A stretch of DNA of 64,000 nucleotides from NCBI GenBank assembly GCA_043228905.1, contig JBHGNT010000008.1, forward strand, positions 1,612,001 to 1,676,000, given 5' to 3'. Positions 37,901 through 49,600 of the stretch are shown piece after piece. The notes under the pieces were generated by a model, which worked only from the letters and a program-made list of their open reading frames with translations, did not search any database and had not been told where the DNA came from. Within the stretch, counting starts at the first letter, position 1; each line of letters begins with the position of its first letter. A program made the translations under genes and the position numbers. Origin of the DNA: Azolla caroliniana (lineage: Eukaryota > Plantae > Polypodiophyta).

Positions 37901-39280
37901 CCCCGGTATTCACCTCCGTTATCTGCTCGAACCGCCTTAAGCTTCTGGCCAGTTTCTCTTTCCACTCTCGCGTGGAGCTCTTTGAAGACGGATAGCACCT
38001 GATCCTTCGTCTTCAATGGTGTGGCCCACAACTTTCGGCAGTGGTCATCTATGAACTTCACGAAGTACTGCGATCCGGCATGTGACTTCGTGTCCACTTG
38101 ACATACATTAGTATGCACCAACTCTAGTGGTGCATTACGTCTCATCGGTGGCCTCGATCGGAAGAAGGTCCGGTTTTGTCTCCTGGCCAGACAATCAATG
38201 CACTTCTTCAAGTGCACATTCTTCACTGGAATGAGGTTGTCGTCCGCAAGCCTCTTCATCCCCTTCTCGCTCATGTGACACAGCCTCTTGTGTCACAGCT
38301 CACCGGCAGTGTCGGATGCCACATTCACTTCTTCCGGGCATTCTTCCGAGCATAACCGGGCATTCATCAGGTACAACGTGTTGACCTTCTGGGCCCGAGC
38401 CACAATCAGGCTCCCTTTGCTGAACTTCATAACACCGTTCCGGATGCTACCCGTGTAGCCTTCATCATCTAGCCGACCGGCTGATATCAGGTTCAGATGA
38501 ACCTTCGAAACGTGTCGAACATCCTTCAGCAGCAGCTTGCATCCGGTTGGTGTTGTCAACCACACGTCTCCTATGTCGACAATTCGGCATGTATCCCCAT
38601 TCCCCATCCGGACACAGCCATGATCACCGAAAAACAACGCTAGGCCACAAGCAAGTCTAGGAACAAACACAGAAAAACTTGTAATGCACGCACGACACAG
38701 TAAGGAGAAGAGTACATAGGATGTTTACGTGGAAAACCCAAATACGGGAAATACCACGGCAGTCCACAGACTGCAAACTATCACTATGATACAATATACA
38801 GTAGATGAACACAGAGGCAACGACCTCTTGTTCATTGTCTTCGCCACAAGCGGCGGTTACAACAGAGACAACGTCCTCTTCGTCTCTCACTCTCTCTCTC
38901 TCTCTCTCTGTGTGCACGGTTGCACTCAAATCTTGCACCAACAAGAATGACGATGTCTTCACTAAGTTTGCCCTAAGTCATATTTATACTAATATGACTT
39001 TTCAGTTATTTACAAATATAGCCCCAATGGACTCTCAGAAACATATTTACGAATATGTCCCTTCATCCGGTGAGCACTTCTCACTGGGCCTTCATCATCC
39101 GGCTCTTGCCGGGCACTCGTCATCCGGTTCTCATCGGGTCTTCACCATCCAGCTTTTGTCGGGCACTCGTCATCCGGTTCTCACCGGGTCTTCCGTTGCC
39201 GGGTACTCCACATCCGGTTCCCACCAGGTCTTCCGTTGCCGGGTACTCCTATCCCATCCAGAGGGATATGTTTCCTAACA
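34933..39280 (-). mobile_element. Ty1/copia element (internal region close to that of 3169-13972) with PBS and gag deleted
   Basis: 3' LTR 34933-35591 (outer end clipped) with PPT. 5' LTR ~38630-39280 is fused directly to protease (GDHGCVRMGN). Integrase, RT and RNase H ORF pieces span 35600-38630. Confidence 0.93.
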
Positions 39281-41184
39281 AACCGAGCCTAGCGACATCG
39301 ATCAAGACAGAGACGTAACTGGGTCATGTGTTCCAATCGCTGGCCATACAAGGCGAAGTCGTTGAGAAAGACTTGCATGAACACCGGGATATACTCGTTA
39401 AAAAATTCGGTGACGATGCGTTGGGACGTGGCCGGTGCCGTTTTCAAACCGAACATCATTACTTCTGCCAGGAAAACACCCCATTCCGTGACAAATGTTG
39501 TTTTCTCCTGATCATCCGAGTGCATTCTGATTTGTTTGTAACCACTAAACCCATCTAGAAAGTTGTAGCATTCGTGACCTACCACCGTGTCGAGAACGCT
39601 ATCCGTGAACGGGAGAGGGAATCCATCTGTGACCGTTGCAGCATTAAGCTTGCGGTAATCGACGCCGACTCGGATTTTCCCGTTTTTCTTGGGGATGACT
39701 ACGATTGGGCTTAACCATGTGGCGCGTTTTATAGGTCACATGAACCTGACTCGGAGGAGCTTGTCTATTTCTTCCTTGACCTTAGCCGCATAATTGGGGT
39801 TCATCCGATAGCGTCTTTGTTGAACCGGCTGAGCGTCAGGGAGAAGATGGATTTGGTGTTGGTAGTATTGAGGATTGAAACCCTTCATATCCGTGTAAGA
39901 CCATGCGAATACATCCTGGTAATTGGTGAGTAAGCGTATGAGGGTTGCTTGTTCGCCGGTTGGTAAGTTATTAGCAACGTGTAGGGTGCGAGGGTTCTCG
40001 TCCGAACCGAGGTTCAATGTTTCGAGCGTTGATGCCTTCACTCGTTGGGAGATGGCGAGTTCACGCTCAAAAGCGTCCCGAGCGTGTCGTAATTCTGTGA
40101 TGATGGTGGGATCTGGCTCGTCCTGGGAAGGTGTATTCTCCGTGACCTCCTCGTCTAGAGGTGTGCCGACGGCCGATATGGCGTTGATTTCGAAGAGGGG
40201 TATGATAGTGGGATGATCTTCTAGGAAGTGATCCACCTCATCATCAGCTAACCCGTCGAACATGTGCACCCCTTCCGTGTATAACGGCGAGGTGTTGTGG
40301 GGCATGGTTACACATTCTTCGGTTATGATCCGGACCTTGTTCTTTCCTCGACAAAACAAGATCATGTTGCGCTGCCAATGCTGTTTGATATTTGTTGTGC
40401 GCAACCATGGTCTGCCAAGTAACATTGGGTAGGCGCCCTGTGCTTCGAGTCATAATACAACGGTCGAGATAGTGAACATGTGGCCTCCTAGAGTAAAGTC
40501 GAGGTGGCGGATTAATCTGATGGGGCGAACCGATCATGTATCGGCCATCCGAAGCCAAAAGGGGCAAGGTTCCCATTGATTCAAACCGAGTTTATGACAG
40601 GTAGCCTCGTTGATGACATTCACGCCAGAGCCGTCGTCGATTATGCACCCATGCAGATCCCATCCTTTAATCATAATTTTTATGGCTGGATTCTGAGAAT
40701 CCATGAGGGCTGGACCCATTCCTAGCTTGGTCAGGTGCACAGGTGGCGCGGTAGAATGGGTGTTGGCCGTGAGTGTAGCTAAGGTGTCCCGAAAACGCGG
40801 CATGAGTGGTAAGAGTTTATGCAGAGGCAACGAGATCCTGGAACTAGTAAGGGTGTCCCACAATTGGTCATCTTCTGTCGACGTGGATGGTGCCGAGGAC
40901 TGTGGTGCTCCGATGGTCGCGTCTCACATTTTTGTTTGCATCCGCACCACATTGTTTTTGTTGGCCGTATCAATCCATTCTTTGGCTGCTTACCGGACTT
41001 CATCCTATACTTGCCATGGAGTGGCCTGGGCTTTACTTCGTGTTGTGACGTTTTGCACATCGGCCATAATACTATTCCCAGTAGGAGCCTTTCCGCAGTC
41101 TGTTGTTGGGCATTGCATAGCGTAGTGACCGTGTTGATTGCACTTGAAGCAGGTAACGACGACCAAGTTGATGGTGCCAGCCCG

Positions 41185-41552
41185 ATCTGTGTGTGTAGGG
41201 GGGGTGCGATTGATTCCCGGCCTCATGTGTTGGTGAGTTGGTCCAGGGTGCGTTCGAGCTACGCGGTTCATTTTAAGGGGGGTCCCAACGACGGTTGTCG
41301 TTATTCCTTCTGTTGTTGCGTGATCCTCGGTGAGAGTTGCGCCGATCATTACGGGAATTTCTCTGATTTGTGTGTGGGGGGGGAGGGGGGTGCGATTGAT
41401 TCCCAGTCTCGTTTGTTGGTGAGTTGGTCCGGGGCGCGTTCGAGCTGCGCGGTTCATTTTGAGGTGGGTCCCGACGATGGTTGTCGTTATTCCTTCTGTT
41501 GTTGCGTGATCCTCGGTGAGAGTTGCGCCGATCATTACGGGAATTTCTCTGA
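41185..41552. repeat. 186-bp tandem duplication inside gypsy gag
   Basis: gccgatcattacgggaatttctctgat occurs at 41341 and 41527. Confidence 0.9.
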
Positions 41553-43309
41553 TCGTATCGGTCATCCCGATCATAATCGTTGTTTGCCCGGTATTAGTCA
41601 TCGTGATAGTGATCACGGCGGTTGTCCGATCTCCGTCGGTTGTCGTTTCCGTAATAGTCGTCATATCGGCAATAATCGTCGTCACGGTACCGCCTATCTA
41701 GCGATCAGGGTCGTTGGTTATCATGGTTCCGGTAGGATTGTTGCTCGTCCTGACGAGAGTATGTATCCCTGGGCTCAATCTGGCGAACTGGGGCCGTCGT
41801 TGTGCGGTTGAGCATATTGTATTCACATTGCTCGACAGTGTGAGAGCGGGACTGGCAGATCGGACACTGTGGCCGGTGAAGACATACGAGGGCCAGATGG
41901 CCCGATCCCGAGCAAACTGTGCATTAGAGGGCTTGGCGGAAGCGATTGTCCTCCTGGGGAAGGGTGCTTTGCAGTGAACTCATAAAGAAAGTTGTGCTTT
42001 GCTGTGTCCAATCAAGGGCGAGGACGCGCACTTGACTTGCTCGATCGTTTGGTTGGCAAAATTAGTAAGTGCGAGAGTCGTTCGTAGAGACTCCCGTAAG
42101 CTGGACAGGAATGCGTCTAGAATGTGTTGTGCATAGACATCATCGGCCACTTGTTCGTAGAGATCCTAGAACCGGATCGTGAACTGTGTGATCGTCTCGT
42201 GCGGTGCTTGGCTCATGGAAAAGAACTGTTGGAGTAGTTCTCGTTTGGGCACCTCGCAATGGAAAAGTTCTAGGAACTTCGTGCGAACATCTTGGAAGGT
42301 GATAAACTCCCTTGCGTTGAGGCGAGAATACCATCGCGCAGCTGGTTCATCGAGGGATAGGGTAAACTCAGTGATTTTTGAGGCATCGATTTCGCCAGGT
42401 GAGAGTCGTTGCGTTGATTGGTTGGCCTGCCAGGTGGATACAAAGGCACGAATGTGTGACTCCGCGTCGGGGCTGTCGGTGTATCATGGGTAAGGATACG
42501 GCATCGAAATCTGGATCTTCCAGTAAAACTGGAAAAGGGTCAGGGTGGGTGAGCTTTGGAGGGCTTGGTGGAGAGGTTGGTGTGGAATCAACTCACGACC
42601 GAGTAGCAGGTGGCGAGGATTGCAACCGGTGAGTCTCCGATATTTCTTGGAAAGACTGGTCCGTGACCGCCGAGTCGGAAGTTCCTTCGACTGGCTCAGG
42701 GCATCGGGTAGGTGGCCGAGACCGCTTGGTGCGATTGGGCGTCGTAATGGCGGCTAAAGGTTGCCTTCAACATAGTTCGCTATGATCTCACAGTTGTAAC
42801 TGGGCGTGCCAAATTGTGTTATCCATTCCTTTGGAAACACCTTCAATATGCCTACAGGCTATCGGTATCAAGGGAAGTGTAACGTGAAGACTCGTACACG
42901 GAGGCGTCGTTAGGGGAAGAGAACGGAGACCATACCCATAATATAACCCGGGGCGTATACGTAGTTGAGATCGTAGGAACAAAGGAACACAGATGAAAAC
43001 AATAAGAGCTAATAGATATGTATTACTGAAAACAATTATCGATGATTACAAAACACGACTCACGGCCGGTGACCTTACAGAGCTCTTGTAACTATGAAAA
43101 CGACCTCGCCTATACTCTAGATATCTCTTCTTGTCGAGGTACGTAGACCTCGGTTTATATACTTTTTCTTCATACAGTGTCGAGCCGTCAGTTGACTATG
43201 AGGCTTGAAACTCGACGTTTTCCTAAACTCTACCTTCCTCACCTACTAACCTTACCTACCAGCATATTACATTTAACTAATTTATCTTTTTGTCCCATGA
43301 ACAACAAGT

Positions 43310-45160
43310 ACTTAATAAAAATTGATTATATAAGTACTTAAAAACTTAAGACAAAAAATTAGATGAGAGCAACACATACAAGGAAAGAAAGTTTTACTAT
43401 CATAAGGCAATGATTGGCAAATGCATTTCGCCTCGATGGAGGCTCTTTAGTGACCGATGTACAAATGATGAAAACTAAGCCTACTAGGTTGCTCTTTTTA
43501 TAGGGAGAGGGAGGAGAATCCTTTGTATGTGGGACATACAAAAGTGTGTACAAAGGGAAGGTAAAAGAGTGTACACAAGACTTTAGGTGGGGGTTAAGAG
43601 GGGTGAGAATACACAAAACTTTAGGTGGGGGTAAAGGATGAGTGTACTAGGTGGTTTCTTAATTTTTTACCATTTAGCCAACACGTGAGAGGGGGTGTAA
43701 GGGAACTATATTGTGGTTGTCCTAGAAGGGGTTTAAGTTTGTTTCTCACGAGCGCTCCGATTTGGAGTTTTTTGATACATGGGGAGTAACAAAGCTAAAA
43801 AACAATGGGTGGAGGTTTTTTGTTGTTGGGTTGGGTAGAGAGTAGTTGGTTTCATATGGAGTAGGGGACATTTGAAAAACACTTGAGTAGGAACTTCAAC
43901 GGGTAGCCCCTAGCTCTTAGGCGGTCGTAGAACTTTTTGCGTAGTTCCATGTAGCCATTTTCCGAGCTCTCCCGGATAGCATACCGTTTTGGTTCTCTTG
44001 TGATGAAGCCCTTTTTGTGTGCAATGGGGTGTGAGGATTTCCACGGGAGCTACATGTAGGAATTGAGAGGTTTTTGGTGGCATGCGTTGTCGAGGATGCC
44101 GGATTCTTGAAAGTATGTGCCTTTGAAGAAGACGACGTCCATGATTGGTGATCTCTTTAGGGGAGGTTTTTGATTCAATACGGATGTATTGTTGTAGAGG
44201 CACACCATATTGGTGTAAGGTGTGAAGCATATCGGGGGAGCCTTCCCAAACTCCTATGGCGTCATCGATGTAGCGTTTGTAGTAGAGTAGTTGCGGTGTT
44301 TGGAAAGCTAGGTTGTTGTTCTCTAGCTGCGAAAGAAACAAGCAAGCGTAAACAACAGCAAAATTACTACCCATTGCAGTGCCTTTAATTTGTAACCAAA
44401 AGGCATTATTAAAGGAGAGAAAAATGTTTCTAAGTATAAGTTCGGCGACACTCATTGTGTGGTGGGAAATGATGTGAGATAGATTTTTTAAAAACCAATA
44501 GACCTTCCGTGGTAGGTATATTGGGATATAATGACACTATGTCAAAAGAAAACAACGTGCAAGTTTTGGGGAAGGTGTGGTGTGCTAGGTCCTTAAGAAG
44601 TGTTAAGGAGTCTTTGAGGTGTTGTTTTTGAGACAATCAGACAGGATGTAGTAGATGGTGTAGCCATTTAGAGGCTCTTTCGAAAACATAATTGTTGTAG
44701 GCGCAGATAGGGCGTCCTACAAAAGTGGGCTTGTGGATTTTGGGGATGATGTAGAAACGACATATCCTGAAACCCTATTTGGGTTTCTGAAGGAGGAATC
44801 TAATTTCCTCCTTGGAGAGGCGGGGGGAAGCTTTCAGATAGAGGTGTTCAAGTAGGTTGTGGAGAGTTGCTAGGGGGACGTCTTTGACGGGGGTGTAAGT
44901 GTTTTTGTCGTTGAGCTATCTAAGGCATTCGTTAAGGTACCACTCCTTAGAGAGAATGCACGTACCTAGATTTTTATCCACGGGTTTAATAACTATGTCT
45001 TGATTCTTTTTGAGATTATGTTGCAGTTCTAAAGTTCCTATGAGGGCGAGGTTGGATGGTGGGTGGGGAGGGCAGGGCAGAGGTGATAGATGTGATGGTT
45101 TGTGTGATTTTTGGCACGGTTGGGGGATTCCAACTGGGGTTCGAGATTCCAACTTCGGCA
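43310..45160 (-). mobile_element. Penelope-like retroelement (Naiad/Chlamys-like RT), degenerate and 5'-truncated
   Basis: PLE RT motifs IVIKPVDKNLG, FYIIPKIHK..GRPI, FSFDIVSLYPNIP, QIKGTAMGSNFAVVYA, YKRYIDD, KPLN..PWKSSHP, KGFI..RY, RLRARGYP. No GIY-YIG is visible downstream. The 3' boundary is approximate. Confidence 0.9.
43413..43458 (-). ncRNA. Degenerate minimal type I hammerhead ribozyme in the PLE 3' region
   Basis: Minus strand reads ATCGGTCA-CTAAAGA-GCCTC-CATC-GAGGC-GAAA-TGCA-T-T-TGCCAAT. The CUGANGA box has one substitution, stem II is perfect, GAAA is present, stem III is palindromic ATGCAT and stem I is imperfect. Confidence 0.72.
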
Positions 45161-46617
45161 CTCTAGAAGAGAGTCTGATCTCATTCTGGCTAAGTGGACG
45201 GAATGAGCGGTTGAGTCGAGATGACTAGTCGGATGAAGAACCGGCGAGTAATGAAGGCTTTGTCATGCTCTCCCCGAGCAAGGAACCGAGGAGACGGTTC
45301 ACGTGCAAAGAGAAGGGGAAGAAGAAGATGTTGGAATACGACACCGGTAGTGAAGAGTCGGATCGGAGCGGATCTGACCCTGGAAAGGAAGAAGGTGGAT
45401 CTTCAGAAAGGAAGTCTGAGCCGGCTAAGAAGGGCCTCAAACCGGCTGACGGAAAGCTTCACAGCGATACGGGTACAATGAGTACATGGCGCATCACTAT
45501 GCTTACATGACCAAGGTGGCGAAAGTGCGTGAGCCGGAGAGCTACGCAGAAGCGGCAAAGGATGCAAATTGGCATGCCACTATGGAGTAAGAAATGCGGG
45601 CACTCGATGCCAACAACACATGGGACCTCATTGACCCTCCCCGACACTGTAAACTGATCGGATGTAAGTGGGTGTACAAGGTAAACTACAATGTCGATGG
45701 TTCGGTTAATCGGTACAAGGCCTGGTTAGTGGCGAAGGGATACACGCAGACTCATGGAGTTGACTACGACTAGACCTTCACTCTGGTCGCGAAGATGACA
45801 ACGGCTCGCGTAGTATTGGCGGTTACTGCGGTAAGGGGATGGCATCTTCACCAAATGGACGTGAAGAATGCATTTCTTCAAGGTGATCTTGAATAATGGT
45901 TCTATATGATCCAACCGCCTGGTTTCCAATCAGAGATGAACAAGTCGGCAGTGTGCCGACTCAAGAAGTCGCATTATGGTCTAAAGCAAGCCCCTCGAGC
46001 TTGGAATGTGAAGACGACGCACCAATTGCATAAGATGGGGTTTGCGGCCTCGAAGTCCGACTCTTCATTGTTCATCCGAAACGGTTTGGACGGTCCGATT
46101 TGCATTTTGCTTTATGTAGATGATTTAGCCATCACCGGACCCGGACATAATGTAATCAACCAAGTGAAGGCCCAGTTGTCAGACGCATTTGAGATGAAGG
46201 ACCTAAGGGACCTTCATTAATTCCTTAGGATCGAGGTGATCCGAACCCCCGACGGCATATTGCTCTCACAACGCCATTATGTGTTGAATATGCTATACAA
46301 GTTCGGCATGACTGAATGCCGACCTGTCTCTACACCCCTGGACCGGAACCAGAAGCTTTGTCCTGACTCCCGTCCGTCCTGCGATGAGAAACGGTTCCAA
46401 CAAATTGTCGAAAGCCTCATATACTTGGCAATCACTCGACCCAACATCAGTTACCCGGTCAAAGTGATCAGCCAATTCATGCAGAAGCCGACCGTCGAGC
46501 ACCTTTACTGCGCACACCGGATACTTCGGTATGTTAGCGGCACGAAGGATCGGGGACTGTTATACCAATGTTGACTGAGCTAGTGATGCATCAGATCGTC
46601 GATCCACCTTTGGTTAC

Positions 46618-49600
46618 TGTAAAAAGTAGCGTGCGGAAGCAGGTATGAAGACAGAACAGAGGAAGGAAGCTTAGGTTCAATGGAGAGCTTAGGACACGGT
46701 GTACGCGGGAGAGACAGAGAGAGAAAACACAAAGAAACTATATTCAACGATAATACTCAGTCTATACATAAGACGTGCTCAGTGAGCACTTTTATACAAG
46801 TCCTAAAAGGACTGACCGAAGTACTGACAGTACTTCAATGCTCATTAAGAGCTCCTACACTAACTCCCAAATATATTCCTCACGAAATATCTTTCCTAAC
46901 GACCTCCCGGTTTACGCACTCAGCCTAACCGATCGGTCCCAACCGATCTGGTCCTCGGCTTCTTCAGCCGATCTGGCCGATGTTGAGCTTGTCTCTCAAC
47001 ACTCCCCCTCAAGCTCAACTCGAGGCTCATCGGGATCCTTGGGCTCACAGCTCCGGTTCCTCCTGGCTTCACGCCTCGCTCGCGCTCCTCGACCTGTTCG
47101 ACTCTGCGCGCTTCGACCCTTCCGGTCGGCTTGTCTGCTCATGCGGCCCTTATCAGCTCTTCTGCTATTGCGGTGTTGACGCTTCTCCTGCTGCCTTTTC
47201 TTCCGCTTGGGCCTCGGTTGATTCAGCGTGTCTGAATCAAACATCCGAACCGACTCGGCTACCTCCGATCGGTTTTCGCTCTCGTCCGAGTTGGCTGTCT
47301 CCATCTCGTCTTCGGTCTTCTTGCCCTCGATGGTGTCGTCTCCCCTATGCGTGGTTGGCTTCGGCTCTTTCCTTCGGCTGCTCCCCTTCTGTCCGCTTTC
47401 GGACTTTTCCGTGGGTCCGCCCTTGGCTTCTTCAGCTGATCCGAAGTCGAACTCGACAACTGAGTCAACCGACTCGGTGTTGCAGTCTCCGCTCCTTTCC
47501 TGCTGCCTTGCTTGGTCGTTCGGGACTGTTCTCCCCCTCAAGTTCGGCACATCGAGGTGACACAACCCGAGCGCACCTGAGAATTGCCGCAACTTGTCCA
47601 GACCAAGAGGCTTTGTGAAGATGTCGGCAGTCTGCCGATCCGTCGGCACGTACTGAAGTTCGACTTCACCGGTAAGGACACGCTCACGGACGAAATGGTA
47701 GTGCACCTCAATGTGCTTGGTCTGTGCGTGGAAATCGGGGTTTTTCGCGAGCTGGATGCTGTTGAGGTTGTCGTAGTAGATCGTCGTCGGATCTGACACC
47801 TCCACTTGCAGGTCCTTAAGTAGCCGCTTCAACCATATGGCTTCGCATGCCGCGACAGCCACTCCTCGGTACTTAGCTTCGGTGCTCGACAGTGCAACTG
47901 TCGGCTGCTTCTTACTGCTCCACGCGATCGCGGCACTCCCGAGGGAGAACGCGTATCCGGACGTGGATCGGCGATCGGCGGCGTTGCCAGCCCAATCAGC
48001 ATCGGTGTAGCCGACTAACTGCGCGGCCGCACCGGTCTGATATAGCAATCCCCGGTCCTTAGTGTCGTTGACATACCGAAGTATGTGTTGCACACACTGA
48101 AGGTGCTCCTCGGTAGGTCGCGCCATGAACTGACTGATCACCCCGACTGGATAACTGAGGTCAAGTATATGAGGCTTCCGACAATTTGTCGGAACCTCGT
48201 CGGGTCGCATACCTTTCCCATATCGGGACGAAGCTTCACGGTTCTATCCAGAGGAGTCGAGACGGACTTACAGTCGGCCATCCCGAATTTGAAGAGCATA
48301 CTCAGCACATACTGACGTTGGCTGATCAATATGCCTTCGGGGGTACGGATCACTTTGATCCCAAGGAAGTAATGAAGGTCCCCCAGATCCTTCATGTCGA
48401 ACAATGCCGCAAGCTGGAGCTTCACGCGGTCGATTTCACCTAGGTCGGCGCCGGTGATGACCAAGTCATCAACATATAGTAAAATACTAACCGGTCCAAG
48501 TCGACCTTTCCGGATGAACACGGAAGAGTCCGATTTTGACGTGACAAAGCCCATCCGACGCAGTTGTTGCGTGATCTTCGCGTTCCAGGCACGCGGGGCT
48601 TGCTTCAGTCCGTAAAGGGACTTCTTCAGTCGGCATACTACCGAGGAGTTTGTTCCGGAGTGAAATCCGAGGGGTTGTACCATGTACAATTGTTCATCAA
48701 GGTCACCTTGCAGGAACGCATTCTTTACATCCATTTGATGTAAGTGCCACCCCTTCGCCGCAGCTACTGCCAACAAAACACGGACGGTCATCATTTTCAC
48801 GACCGGCGCAAACGTCTCATCGTAGTCGATGCCGTGTTTTTGCGCGTAGCCCTTTGCCACTAGCCGAGCCTTGTACCGGTTGACCGAGCCATCGGTGTTG
48901 TACTTGACCTTTTACACCCACCTACACCCGATCGGCTTCACACCCTTCGGTGCGTCAACCAGGTCCCAGGTCTCGTTCTCTGCCAATGCGTGCATCTCTT
49001 CCTCCATCGCGGCACGCCAATTCACGTCTTTAGCCGCTTCTGCGTAGCTCTCTGGCTCACACACTTCCGCTACACGGATCATGTACGCATAATGATGCGC
49101 CATGTACTCGTTGTATCCGAACCGCACAACTGGGTCCTTTTGGCGGGTAGATCGGCGTAATCTCACATTAGCCGATGTCGAGGCCTTCTCGGTCGACGCG
49201 GTCTTCATCTTTAAAGACCTGTCACCGGTTCCCTCGGAGTCGGACTCGCATCAGTTTGACTCGTTCCTTTCCGTGCCGGAATCCGACACCTTCTTCTTCC
49301 CTTTCTCTTTGCGCGTAAGCCGTCTCCTCGGCTTCCTGCGCGGGGAATGCACGGCCGAGTCTCCACTACTCGCCGGCTCTTCATCGGACTGGTCGTACCG
49401 ACTCAATCGTCCAATCGGTCCACTTAACCGAAGTGAAATCGGACTCTCTTCGCGGGTCTCGATTTTGGGCTCATCCGGAGGCATCTCGGCCTCGTTGACC
49501 TCATCGTCAGAACACGGATTGGACTCGGGGTTCGGAGGCGGGGGCTTGTACCAAGATGCGGACTCGTCAAACACAACGTCGCGGCTGACACGCGCCTGTT

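Larger units (their letters stand above)
34425..43306 (-). mobile_element. Non-chromovirus Ty3/gypsy element (Athila/Tat-related), 3'-truncated, with nested copia
   Basis: 5' LTR ~43306-42815 (outer end approximate) and tRNA-Arg-type PBS TGGCACGCCCAGT (~42811-42799). Gag with CFKCNQHGHYAMQC, protease IIDDGSGVN, RT LDGFSGY..MMFGLK, RNase H WMLLLQEFDF..ADYLSR. Ends at GIWRRAIR, before the integrase zinc finger. Confidence 0.9.

Noticed and set aside
40819-41811. 330-aa plus-strand ORF
   Set aside because: It is antisense to low-complexity, duplicated gypsy gag and has no recognisable domain.
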